Of a stretch of 64,000 nt of DNA, positions 10,550-20,030 are shown piece by piece. The notes under the pieces were generated by a model. It was not told the DNA's origin, ran no database searches, and saw only the letters and a list, made by a program, of their open reading frames with translations. The stretch is from a virus: IMG/VR virus record IMGVR_UViG_3300035698_024280; one strand, 5' to 3'. The stretch's first letter is position 1, and each line of letters opens with the position of its first letter. A program made the translations under genes and the position numbers.

Positions 10550-10828
10550 ATAAACGATACCGATACAGACCTTATATATGAAGCGTATGCCGATAGATTG
10601 TTAACTGAAGGGTTAATCGATAAATTACAAGCTGCATTAGATGTTGCAGGTCTAGAGCCTACTATAGGTACTGGTGCAGATGCCGTCAATACTGCAATAT
10701 CAGCCTTGAGAGCGATAGCAGCAAAAGAGCCAGATGATCGTAATAAGCATATAATTAATGCTGGTATATCTGCGATATCTCTTATACCATTTGGAGATGT
10801 AGCAAAGATGTTAAAAATAAACATATAA
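10550..10828 (+). CDS. Hypothetical virion-associated protein, probably with atypical ATA start
   Basis: Frame open from ATA at 10550 (INDTDTDLIYEAY, same motif as neighbours); TATAAATA 2 nt upstream. Confidence 0.5.
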   Translation: MNDTDTDLIYEAYADRLLTEGLIDKLQAALDVAGLEPTIGTGADAVNTAISALRAIAAKEPDDRNKHIINAGISAISLIPFGDVAKMLKINI

Positions 10829-10866
10829 AGTAGCGGATAAAGTGCCGACACGTAATAAATAACTAT

Positions 10867-11550
10867 ATGGGATTTCGTTTGATTACTGATGAGGCAGCTG
10901 CCACACTCGATGAGTTTGAGTATATTTTTGAGGAGAAAGGCCGTAATGAGCCAAGATCATTGTATATACAAGGACCTTATATGGTAGCAGATGTAGTTAA
11001 TAGAAATAAGCGAAAGTACCCCATACACGAAATGCGTAGGGAAGTCGATAGATATCGAGAGGAAATGATTAATAAAAAGCGGGCGATGGGAGAGTTAAAT
11101 CACCCACAGTCACCTGATTTAGATTTAGAGCGTGCCTGCCACATGGTAGAGAATTTAAAAGAAGAGAAGGAAGGTGAAAAATATATATTTACCGGTAGAT
11201 CGAAAGTACTAACAACGCCATGCGGGAAAATTGTACAATCATTAGTTAACGACGGTGTGTCTGTTGGAATGTCATCCAGAGCATTAGGTCAATTAAATGA
11301 GAAAGTGACCTATAACGAAGTTAGTCAGATGAGATTGGTTGCAGTCGATTGCGTTGCAGACCCATCATTTACAGAAGCTTTTGTAAATGGTATATTAGAA
11401 TCTAAGGAATGGGTATTAAAAGATGATGGGCAGTTTGAAGAAGATTATGACAAATTTAGCAAGTCTTTAAGGAAGCTACCTAAGGGATCGGTTGCGACAA
11501 AAGACCATATTACAGAACAAATTATAAGTTTTATAAAAAATATTCACTGA
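10867..11550 (+). CDS. gp21: Prohead protease (T4 gp21-like)
   Basis: LYIQGPY...D..NRN.R.YP, GELNHP, GVS.G.SSR.LG, D.VADPS...AFV.GI.E..EW. Confidence 0.95.
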   Translation: MGFRLITDEAAATLDEFEYIFEEKGRNEPRSLYIQGPYMVADVVNRNKRKYPIHEMRREVDRYREEMINKKRAMGELNHPQSPDLDLERACHMVENLKEEKEGEKYIFTGRSKVLTTPCGKIVQSLVNDGVSVGMSSRALGQLNEKVTYNEVSQMRLVAVDCVADPSFTEAFVNGILESKEWVLKDDGQFEEDYDKFSKSLRKLPKGSVATKDHITEQIISFIKNIH

Positions 11551-11591
11551 GTAGTATAAATATTCATTGGGAAGCATAAATATATATTAGA

Positions 11592-11747
11592 ATGGACGCA
11601 CAATCTAGAATACACGTAAAGAAATTGATAGGGGCTATTCTAGATAAGAATTATAATAGCGCTCAAAAGCACCTGCAAGAAGCTGTTGATACAAAAATTA
11701 AAAACAGAATTAAGCTTGCAAGTAAAAATAAACTTTTTGACAAATAA
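11592..11747 (+). CDS. Small prohead core protein candidate (gp67/gp68 position), 51 aa, missing from ORF track
   Basis: MDAQSRIHVKKLIGAILDKNYNSAQKHLQEAV...; TAAATA upstream and TAATG coupling to scaffold. Confidence 0.55.
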   Translation: MDAQSRIHVKKLIGAILDKNYNSAQKHLQEAVDTKIKNRIKLASKNKLFDK

Positions 11748-12685
11748 TGGATCCGAAAAAAATTAAACAACAGGGGAGTGATATTAAGCGAATATTAAAG
11801 GAGGCCACTAATGGTCTATTAGACTCTGAATCGCTGGCAGCTATCGAAGAAGCCTTCAATCATGAGGTCGAAGAGAGGTCGGTATTGAGAGAGTCAATTG
11901 CCTTAAATATTCAAGATGAGGAGTATTCTACTAAATTGATCGGAGTACTTGAGGCAGTTGATCGTGATAATGCTAAAAAGCTCATTAAGGTTGTCGAATC
12001 TGTAGATAAGAGTAATGCTCGCAAGCTTAAAAAAGTAGCCCAGAAGTTTAAGACAGCTCTAAATTCAGATGCTACTGCCTTTAAGGAATCTACTATTACT
12101 CATATAAGTGATTACTTAGATCTGTATATTGAAGAGAATATTCCGCAATCGGCAATTAATGAAGCTGTAAAAAATAAACAGGCGATGTCTGTACTAAGCG
12201 CTTTACGTGATCAACTATCCATTGGTACATCTCTATTAGATGAGTCAGTTAGAGCTGCCGTCCTAGACGGTCGAAGCCAGCTGGACACATTGACTGAATC
12301 TCTTAAAGCTAAAGATGAGCAATTAACTTTAGTAAATGAAAAGCTGAGAGCAGTTTCTGCTAATTTACTTCTCGAACAGAGGAGTGCAGGTCTACCAGCT
12401 AAAAAGAAAGAATATTTAAAGAGAGTACTCAATAACAAGTCGCCGGAATTTATACAAGAAAATTTCGACTATACTTTAAAGCTATATGAGCGGAAAGATA
12501 ATGAACATCGCTCAACTTTAAAGGAGGAGGCTATGACTAGCAGAACAACGCAGGAAGATACTGTAGAGACTACTAGATTCCGTCACCCAGCTAATAGAGA
12601 AAAACTAATTAACGAGCAAGCCTCTTTAACTCGATCGAGAGAAGCAATTAACCCATATTTGGAACAATTGGCTAAATACAACTAA
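11747..12685 (+). CDS. gp22: Prohead scaffold (T4 gp22-like)
   Basis: Long helical Glu/Lys-rich protein directly before the capsid gene; YLD.Y.EE and C-terminal PYL..L motif. Confidence 0.8.
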   Translation: MDPKKIKQQGSDIKRILKEATNGLLDSESLAAIEEAFNHEVEERSVLRESIALNIQDEEYSTKLIGVLEAVDRDNAKKLIKVVESVDKSNARKLKKVAQKFKTALNSDATAFKESTITHISDYLDLYIEENIPQSAINEAVKNKQAMSVLSALRDQLSIGTSLLDESVRAAVLDGRSQLDTLTESLKAKDEQLTLVNEKLRAVSANLLLEQRSAGLPAKKKEYLKRVLNNKSPEFIQENFDYTLKLYERKDNEHRSTLKEEAMTSRTTQEDTVETTRFRHPANREKLINEQASLTRSREAINPYLEQLAKYN

Positions 12686-12742
12686 TTTTTAACTAATTTT
12701 AATGAGGCTCAAAGGGCCTGAACTAAGGAAACAAAACGAAAC

Positions 12743-14236
12743 ATGAAAAATAACTCATACATCGACGGGAATAAGGCAAAAGCGCTTCTTGAAAAGTGGG
12801 CTCCAGTATTGGACTACACTTCAAAGAACATTGCACCTATTGAGGATGAACGTACTCGCACGAACACAGCGATCATGCTCGAGAACCAAGAAGACTGGTG
12901 TCAAGACCCGGATGGAGGCCTCCTTATGGAGACTTCGTATGCCGGTTCTAAGGCAGGTGGTGCTTTTGGTTCAAGCCAGCAGGGAACTGCTGGTGTAAAG
13001 AGTGGTGATAACTATGCTTCAGGTGACGCACGTCTTCCGAAGATTCTCATCCCGATGATTCGTCGAACTTTCCCTGAATTGATAAGTAATGAGATCGTTG
13101 GAGTTCAACCAATGAGCGGACCTGTCGGACTTGCCTTCGCTTTGCGATACAAGTACAACAGTGAAACTTTAGGTGATACTGTCATCGACGGTAAGTCAGG
13201 CGCTGCGGATAACCGTGCCGGCAGACAAACCGCCCCAAACTTTGGTTCCGGTAACGGAAAAAATGAGCTTGGGTGGCAACATCTTGATACTCGCTTTACG
13301 GGCGTGTCTACAAATCAACTTTCAGGTGATGGAAATTACTTCAATTTTTCAGCTCAGGATCAAGGCGTTGCCGAGATTCTTAAGAACTGGGAAATTAGTA
13401 ACAAAATCCCTCAGGTTGATATCTCTTTTGAGAAGACCGCTGTTGAAGCAGGTACTAGACGCCTCGGTGCACGCTGGAGCGTTGAACTGGAACAAGACCT
13501 CAAGAACATGAACGGTATCGATGTTGATGCTGAGATCACAAACGCCATGGCGTACGAGATCCAAGCTGAAATCGACCGCGAAATGATTATCCGGATGATA
13601 CAGACTGCGCTTAATGCCGGTTATGGTTCTGGATTTTCTATCTGGTCCCCAGCTTCTGCTGATGGCCGATGGATTGTTGAGAGAAATAGAGATTTCTATC
13701 AAAGACTTATCGTCGAAGCGAACCGAATTGCTACACGTAACCGTCGTGGTGCTGCTAACTTTATTGTTTGTACGCCACGTGTTGCCGCTATTCTCGAAAT
13801 GCTTCCGGAGTTCCAATGGGCTCCGGTACAAGGCAACGTGAATACACAGCCAGTTGGGATCGCCAAAGTCGGTAATCTTGGTGGACGTTTTAATGTCTAT
13901 CGCGATACTCGTACAGAGGCTCAAAACGCTAGCGTTTATGGAGATCAAGGATATGGAAACCAGCCTAATGGTACTGCCTACACAGAGGGTGTAGAATATG
14001 CATTGCTAGGCTATAAGGGTCCAGAATTCTATGATACCGGTATTATATACTGTCCATATATTCCAGTGATGGTCCAACGTACTATCGGTCCGCAAGATTT
14101 TGCGCCTCGTGTCGGTCTTTTGACTCGATACGGTGTTGTAGATAATATCTTCGGTGCAGATTTGTACTACCACGTTATCATTGTTCAGGGATTAGGAGCG
14201 GCTTTTACGCCTGCTTCACAGAGTGTATACTTCTAA
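12743..14236 (+). CDS. gp23: Major capsid protein (T4 gp23-like)
   Basis: L.EKW.P.LD, LIPMIRR.FP.LI...IVGVQPM.GP.G..FA.R, R.L.A.WS.EL.QDL, EI.AEIDRE, YCPYIP, F.PR.G..TRYG. Confidence 0.98.
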   Translation: MKNNSYIDGNKAKALLEKWAPVLDYTSKNIAPIEDERTRTNTAIMLENQEDWCQDPDGGLLMETSYAGSKAGGAFGSSQQGTAGVKSGDNYASGDARLPKILIPMIRRTFPELISNEIVGVQPMSGPVGLAFALRYKYNSETLGDTVIDGKSGAADNRAGRQTAPNFGSGNGKNELGWQHLDTRFTGVSTNQLSGDGNYFNFSAQDQGVAEILKNWEISNKIPQVDISFEKTAVEAGTRRLGARWSVELEQDLKNMNGIDVDAEITNAMAYEIQAEIDREMIIRMIQTALNAGYGSGFSIWSPASADGRWIVERNRDFYQRLIVEANRIATRNRRGAANFIVCTPRVAAILEMLPEFQWAPVQGNVNTQPVGIAKVGNLGGRFNVYRDTRTEAQNASVYGDQGYGNQPNGTAYTEGVEYALLGYKGPEFYDTGIIYCPYIPVMVQRTIGPQDFAPRVGLLTRYGVVDNIFGADLYYHVIIVQGLGAAFTPASQSVYF

Positions 14237-14282
14237 GAAATTAGAGATATTATCTTTGCCTAGTTAAGACAATCAAACAACC

Positions 14283-14316
14283 GAAGGCCGTGTAGGGAAA
14301 CCTACACGGTCTTTTC
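14283..14316 (+). terminator. Rho-independent terminator after capsid gene
   Basis: GGCCGTGTAGG-GAAA-CCTACACGGTC then TTTT. Confidence 0.85.
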
Positions 14317-14323
14317 GTGTATA

Positions 14324-15082
14324 TTAAGATTCCCCTAAAAGAAACTCTTGAGTACGAATCATCGATTCTGGAGTACCCATATCTGACCAGAAATTATTAA
14401 ATGCATACCATTCAGTTTCTTTACGATTTGCATAATACTTATTTATATCTGTGATCTCTAATTCACCTCTAAGAGAAGGTTTCAGCTGATCTGCAACTGT
14501 ATAAACTTGCGATGTATAATAATACATCCCAGTTACTGCCGAATCGGATATAAATGTTTTAGGTTTTTCTATTATATCAATTATCACAGAGTCAGTAAAA
14601 CCATCAAATTTAGCAATACCAAATCGTTCCCATTCGTCAGTATGTGATAAAAATAAGCCAGACTTTACATCTGGAGAGTTGGAGCACATATTTATGAAAT
14701 TAATTATGTTGTTGTCCTCTTCATAGAAGTTATCCCCTAAGATCACTATGAAGTCTTCAGAATTTGTAAACCCTTGGGAGAGCTTAAGAGCGCTTGCGAT
14801 TCCAGGGGGTCTCGATGGATCGCTCATGTCTTGTATTTTATAAGAAAAATCTAACCCGCTCGCAAATCCATCCCCCAAATACTCGACTATTTTACCGCAG
14901 TGCTCTTGAGAGGTAATTATTAAAATGTCTGTTATACCAAGCGACTTCAATGTATTCACAGGGTATTGTATCATTGGCGTTGCTCCTGATTTAGAATATA
15001 CCGGAAGTAAATGTTTATTTGTTGAGCTCGTGGCTGGGTTCATTCGAGTGCCTAAGCCCCCCGCTAGTATAATACCTTTCAT
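14324..15082 (-). CDS. rfbA: Glucose-1-phosphate thymidylyltransferase (RmlA/RfbA-like)
   Basis: MKGIILAGG.GTR..P.T...NKHLLPVY, LGDN, ERFG, KPS.RGELEITD, W.DMGT. Confidence 0.9.
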   Translation of the reverse strand: MKGIILAGGLGTRMNPATSSTNKHLLPVYSKSGATPMIQYPVNTLKSLGITDILIITSQEHCGKIVEYLGDGFASGLDFSYKIQDMSDPSRPPGIASALKLSQGFTNSEDFIVILGDNFYEEDNNIINFINMCSNSPDVKSGLFLSHTDEWERFGIAKFDGFTDSVIIDIIEKPKTFISDSAVTGMYYYTSQVYTVADQLKPSLRGELEITDINKYYANRKETEWYAFNNFWSDMGTPESMIRTQEFLLGES

Positions 15083-15939
15083 AAATTATTTGCTGCTGCA
15101 ACATCAATTAGTCGTTGGTGAGCACTTGGTATAGGTCTACCTAACGCTTCAGTTATTTTATCTACTGATAATACACAATTGCTTCTTCTACATTTCATAA
15201 TATTCTGTGACAAAAGATCATCTGTTGAGTAAAATCTCTTTTTATAAATATAACTACTACAAGTATTGAGTATATCTTGTGCAGTTTTAGCGCCAGGGTT
15301 GACTATATTATATATGCCTGGTTTCGGTCTTAGGGATATAATATCATTTACGCAATCAGCCAAATCGGGTATATATGTTAGAGAATTAGGGTAATTTACG
15401 AGTTTATTATATTTGAGAATCTTACCGATATAATTTTTATCCTCTGAAATATTATTATCAAACGGCATTCGAATTCTTAATAGATAATCACGATTTAAAT
15501 AGCCTCCATATTTTAATCTCTCTTCAAATTCGGATTTACATTGCGAGTAATACGAAGCCGTGGGGTTTGATTTTCCAAAGTTATGAGGGTCATCTTCACT
15601 ATAAGCTACAATTTCATTTGTATCATTATTATATATACACCCAGACGAAATAGTTATAGTTGGGGTTGGTGAATTTTTATGGATAACTAAATTATCCATA
15701 ACATTACGAGATCTACACTCGATCTTATTATCTTCACAGCTATCTACATTCGGCCGACCAGTATAACCGTAGCAATTTACAATAATATCAGGATTGTATT
15801 GCTCTTTAATTTGCGCTAACCCGCATAAACTAGTATAGTCAATATCCTGCCTAGATATTAAATTAGTATTATGCACCCTACTTAATATTGGTAAAATTTT
15901 AGTTCCAATATACCCTCTACCTAATATGACCACATTCAT
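15079..15939 (-). CDS. NAD(P)-dependent sugar reductase/epimerase (RmlD or NRS/ER-like)
   Basis: ILG.GYIG, NC.GYTGRPNVD.CE, SSGCIY, YS..K, LRIRMP. Confidence 0.8.
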   Translation of the reverse strand: MNVVILGRGYIGTKILPILSRVHNTNLISRQDIDYTSLCGLAQIKEQYNPDIIVNCYGYTGRPNVDSCEDNKIECRSRNVMDNLVIHKNSPTPTITISSGCIYNNDTNEIVAYSEDDPHNFGKSNPTASYYSQCKSEFEERLKYGGYLNRDYLLRIRMPFDNNISEDKNYIGKILKYNKLVNYPNSLTYIPDLADCVNDIISLRPKPGIYNIVNPGAKTAQDILNTCSSYIYKKRFYSTDDLLSQNIMKCRRSNCVLSVDKITEALGRPIPSAHQRLIDVAAANNL

Positions 15940-15991
15940 TACTATCATATTTAATATACATAATAAGCTTATCAACAACCTAAATACTAAT

Positions 15992-16525
15992 ATGGTTTGG
16001 TTTACGGCAGATACACATTTTTTTGAAGATATTAATACTATGAAATATTACGGTCGTCGATTTAGATCTGTAGCAGAGCAAAATGCCACAATAATAGACA
16101 ACATAAATGAGATGGTATCTGTAGAAGATACCTTATGGCATATCGGTGATGTATTTAAGGGTAGTAACGATCAAGGTTCAGAAGTATTATCCAAAATTAA
16201 GTGTAAAGACAAATATTTAGTTCGTGGGAATTATGATACTGATGAAAGATTGCCGGTTTTAACACAATATTTTAATCGCGTTTTTGACGCTGATGCTACT
16301 ATAGAGATTGACAATCAATCAATATATATGAATCATTACCCGATAAACTGCCCAGAGACAAAATTTTCTATAACTGGACATATTCATGAGAAGTGGAAAA
16401 TAAAAAAAGAAATGATTAACGTCGGGGTAGACGCCAATCATTTCTTTCCGCTATCTTTTACAGATATTATGTTTTATAAGAACGCAATGGATAACCATTA
16501 CGACGATAATGTATTTACTGCTTAG
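15992..16525 (+). CDS. Calcineurin-like metallophosphoesterase
   Basis: ADTHF, HIGD, GNYD, HYP, GHIH motifs; TAAATA 5 nt before ATG. Confidence 0.85.
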   Translation: MVWFTADTHFFEDINTMKYYGRRFRSVAEQNATIIDNINEMVSVEDTLWHIGDVFKGSNDQGSEVLSKIKCKDKYLVRGNYDTDERLPVLTQYFNRVFDADATIEIDNQSIYMNHYPINCPETKFSITGHIHEKWKIKKEMINVGVDANHFFPLSFTDIMFYKNAMDNHYDDNVFTA

Positions 16526-17477
16526 GCGTTTTTACATGAGGTATTTTAGGATCGCTTAACGCTACGTGCATTAAGGAATTTTTACTAACACGCTCTGGAT
16601 TAATATCTATACCACCGCGTCGTGCATATAAGCATTTTACACTAAGCTCTTCAGGCTTTAATTTATCCCATATACGCTTATATATAGTTTCACAAATTTC
16701 TTCATGAAAGTGACACTCATCACGGAACGATATAATATATTTTAGCATACTAATAGGATCGATTGTTTCGCCTTCCTTCTTAATATATATATAAACATCT
16801 CCCCAATCAGGTTGGGATGTTACTCTACAATTAGATTTCAGTAGGGAGCTATGGTAACATACTCTTGCACATTCGGATTTAACAACTTTAAGTAGTTTAG
16901 GATCCTCTTGATATTTTGTAAAATTAACTTCGTTTAGTACATAATCTTCTTCAATAGTACTATACACTGGCAGTAGCGAGTCTTTAGCATGTGTGTAGTG
17001 CTCCTCAGATGAGCTATTTGATATACCATGGTCCCACTCCCAATATGGCGATATCTTACACTTCAATATCTGAGAATTTGTGGCGAATACAACCTCTACT
17101 TCAGTATCTAATAATTGAGATAAGTCCTTTATGACAACTTGCTGTATATTAGCAGCAACTTCAGTAGCAGTATCCCCCAGGGGGGTCATATTGAAGGAAT
17201 TTAAATATAGTTTAAAGGATTTTGATTCTACAATATACTTACTAGTACATCCGTACACCATTTTAATTACCCCAGTCACCGGAAGACCTGAGTCTGTTAA
17301 AGCTGATACTTCGTATGCATTCCATACATCAGACCCTTTAAAGGGTAAGTCATCATCCTTTATCTTTAAATGTACTCTATTGGATGATCTCTCCTCTCGC
17401 ACTAATAGACTTGAATCATATTTAGATTTATATTTAGAGGTTTTACCCAGGTGTTTGCTAATTTTTGTATTATCCAT
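16515..17477 (-). CDS. queF: 7-cyano-7-deazaguanine reductase, bimodular type
   Basis: WNAYEVS, VESKSFKLYLNSFN (QueF motif), LLKSNC.VT.QPDWG, FHEE.CE, YARRGGIDINP. Confidence 0.93.
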   Translation of the reverse strand: MDNTKISKHLGKTSKYKSKYDSSLLVREERSSNRVHLKIKDDDLPFKGSDVWNAYEVSALTDSGLPVTGVIKMVYGCTSKYIVESKSFKLYLNSFNMTPLGDTATEVAANIQQVVIKDLSQLLDTEVEVVFATNSQILKCKISPYWEWDHGISNSSSEEHYTHAKDSLLPVYSTIEEDYVLNEVNFTKYQEDPKLLKVVKSECARVCYHSSLLKSNCRVTSQPDWGDVYIYIKKEGETIDPISMLKYIISFRDECHFHEEICETIYKRIWDKLKPEELSVKCLYARRGGIDINPERVSKNSLMHVALSDPKIPHVKTPKQ

Positions 17478-17478
17478 T

Positions 17479-18030
17479 TTAAAAATTTATTAAAGTCTTC
17501 CTAATTTTTTCCATTCTCTCATTTACAGTTCCAGATAATATAGTATAAGATACTTTACCCTCTAGCCTCTCGAGTCTCTTCTCAAATATTTCAATTATAT
17601 CTTCCCGAAATGTTTCATTTACGCTTCTCACACCATCGTCTTCCATAGTAATATCTGCATCAGGGTATGTATAAAATATATGATCTATTTTTGTAATTAA
17701 CTCTTCAAATACATTCTCAGCATAATCTAATACCCAACCGTCTACACTTCCCTGATCATACAGCCACTGCGTATAGACTACCCCATCTAAGATGCATCTA
17801 TCCATAACAGTACTATATTTTGCCTCTAAGTAATTTTGAAGATGTTGATGGATGATACATAATTGAGTAATATTATCACCACTCTCATTTATGTTTAAAT
17901 TATGCTTCCGCTTTACTTGCCTAGTTACTTCTAACACAAAGTCGAAATTTTCAAAAGAGCGATCATTGCGGCAAAGATTCAGTAATGTTGTTTTGCCTGT
18001 ATTCTGAGCACCTGTAAATGATATTATCAT
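17479..18030 (-). CDS. P-loop nucleotide kinase-like protein (AAA_28/dNMP kinase-like)
   Basis: GAQNTGKTT P-loop, DRC.LD...Y, DDG.R. Confidence 0.7.
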   Translation of the reverse strand: MIISFTGAQNTGKTTLLNLCRNDRSFENFDFVLEVTRQVKRKHNLNINESGDNITQLCIIHQHLQNYLEAKYSTVMDRCILDGVVYTQWLYDQGSVDGWVLDYAENVFEELITKIDHIFYTYPDADITMEDDGVRSVNETFREDIIEIFEKRLERLEGKVSYTILSGTVNERMEKIRKTLINF

Positions 18031-18599
18031 ACTATTAGTTTAAGCTTTAATCTTAAAAAATCAACCCATAGATTTAAGGAGTGGGCCCTTATTTCTTTAT
18101 TTAACCCCTCTATATTAATAAAAGATGTTTCTGATAGATTAAACGATGATTCACTTATTATCTTCCCTTCATCTACAGCGGGTACTACTTCATGTATAAC
18201 AGAGCCAGCCTCGGTATAATTATCTATATTAACCCATATTCTCTCAACTGGATCTTTACCTCGTAGTTCCGGATATTGTGAAATAAGACCCGGATGACCG
18301 TTATATATATTATAATTACTACAAATCTCAGGTGGTATAATTTTTAACCATCCATTTAAAGTAACTATACACTTACTACCGCAATCTTTTAAAATTTCCT
18401 TATATGTATCTATTGTAACATTAGGACCAGTCATAATACATCGATTTTTATCTGAGTGTTCATACTCAGATAAAAGTTTCGGTGATATATTTGATATGGT
18501 ATTATTAGAAACAATAACGTCTGGAAATCTTCCGATGCGTCTAGATATATCCAATATCTCTGAACCAGTTTGACTAAAAAATGCTATCCAATACTTCAT
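18027..18599 (-). CDS. PurN-like formyltransferase, candidate preQ1 formyltransferase (DpdN-like)
   Basis: FSQTGS, L.GWL.I.P, YN.HP, G.VIH.V...VDEG.I; located between the DpdA-like gene and queF. Confidence 0.75.
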   Translation of the reverse strand: MKYWIAFFSQTGSEILDISRRIGRFPDVIVSNNTISNISPKLLSEYEHSDKNRCIMTGPNVTIDTYKEILKDCGSKCIVTLNGWLKIIPPEICSNYNIYNGHPGLISQYPELRGKDPVERIWVNIDNYTEAGSVIHEVVPAVDEGKIISESSFNLSETSFINIEGLNKEIRAHSLNLWVDFLRLKLKLIV

Positions 18600-18607
18600 A
18601 AGTTATA

Positions 18608-19411
18608 TTAAGGGTTTAGTATATGATTAAATTTCCGCATATTGTATTCTATTAAATCCAGTGTATCCTTAGACGGTGTATCCCCATCAATGAAATCCTC
18701 ATTATCAGCTAAATGTACTTCTTCTGTGAGACCTAAATTACCTGCATATTTTAGCGATTTAAGTCCAGCTATAACAGGGTTGCTCGTATCTACAGACCTT
18801 ATATTATATATATTATTATTTTTGTAGTAACTAAACTCTCTAGCAAGAGAGCAACCTAAGAGATGGTGAGGCTTATCCCAGTTCCAAATTCCAGCTGATA
18901 TGAGGGTTTCAATTAACCTAATTCTACCACTTACTCTCATATCTGCTACAGACTTACCATGGCCAGTATATTCAAAATATTTCATATCAAATGATATGGC
19001 AATATAATCGGCATTTTCGCTCATATGCTTATAACAGTTTACAATTTCTTGGTATGTTGTCCCTTGTACCGTTCCAATCTGTAGACCTGCTACATTTTTA
19101 AAATTAGCGTTCCAACGCTGAAAATTAAATATGGTCTCTTCCGAGTCTTCTAATACATCTGGAACTATATAATATGTCGGTTCTAGTTTATCAATCCATT
19201 TTGAATATTGCTTAGGGTCAAATGATTTTTTGAGCTCATATATACTATTATCTAAGATTACCTCACGATCATTTAATAAAGCTACCTTAAAAAAATTATA
19301 ATATCTATCGTATCTGTCAAAATGATGTACCAGCGCATAATCATAATCTGTGTGTTGTTGAACCATCCCCATTAAATTTATAGGGGCCTCATGAGCTTTC
19401 ATTATATTCAT
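18608..19411 (-). CDS. TGT-fold protein, candidate 7-deazaguanine insertion enzyme (DpdA-like)
   Basis: LDNS, PDVL, VQG, HHLLG, S.DTS.P motifs of the TGT barrel; adjacent to queF. Confidence 0.65.
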   Translation of the reverse strand: MNIMKAHEAPINLMGMVQQHTDYDYALVHHFDRYDRYYNFFKVALLNDREVILDNSIYELKKSFDPKQYSKWIDKLEPTYYIVPDVLEDSEETIFNFQRWNANFKNVAGLQIGTVQGTTYQEIVNCYKHMSENADYIAISFDMKYFEYTGHGKSVADMRVSGRIRLIETLISAGIWNWDKPHHLLGCSLAREFSYYKNNNIYNIRSVDTSNPVIAGLKSLKYAGNLGLTEEVHLADNEDFIDGDTPSKDTLDLIEYNMRKFNHILNP

Positions 19412-19460
19412 ATATTAATTATACGGTGGATCCTTTGAGTTTCCACAATAAATATAATAA

Positions 19461-20030
19461 ATGATAAGTTCATCAATATTTAATTTTCTATTTGTAAAGA
19501 ATGATTTGTTTTTTATATTAACTGACAATATAACTGTATATAGTAGCCAAATTTTAAATTTACTTGAAGACCGTGTAACTGAGAATAAAACTAACAAATC
19601 GCGTAATATTGAAGCCGCCGCAGTTTTACGAGATTTATATAATAGTAATATAAGTATTCCGAGAATTAAGGCAGAACGAGTAATACCGACAAGCGACTCA
19701 GTCGCTTCCGTTGCCGCAATTTTCGAGTTCAGATTAGACACTGAAATTTCGAGGTTATTAGCTAATTCAACTGTAGCTAATATAAATAAATTAAAGAGAT
19801 CTCAACAGTATTTTGCAGATAGTTTTATTAGGGCAGTATATACTGCAGAGTCTGGAATAATAGAAGATGTTTTGATAACATCTGGGTTAAATATAGATAT
19901 ACAAAACTTAAGTGCAGTAAATAAAGAAAATCTTAAGAATTCAAACCTCGGCACACATGGTAAACTGGATATACGAGACAAGACAGATGATTTTGCAACA
20001 CTTACACGGGAGAAATGGTACATACAATAA
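19461..20030 (+). CDS. Hypothetical protein, late
   Basis: 189 aa; TAAATA upstream; stop abuts the gp5-like start. Confidence 0.6.
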   Translation: MISSSIFNFLFVKNDLFFILTDNITVYSSQILNLLEDRVTENKTNKSRNIEAAAVLRDLYNSNISIPRIKAERVIPTSDSVASVAAIFEFRLDTEISRLLANSTVANINKLKRSQQYFADSFIRAVYTAESGIIEDVLITSGLNIDIQNLSAVNKENLKNSNLGTHGKLDIRDKTDDFATLTREKWYIQ

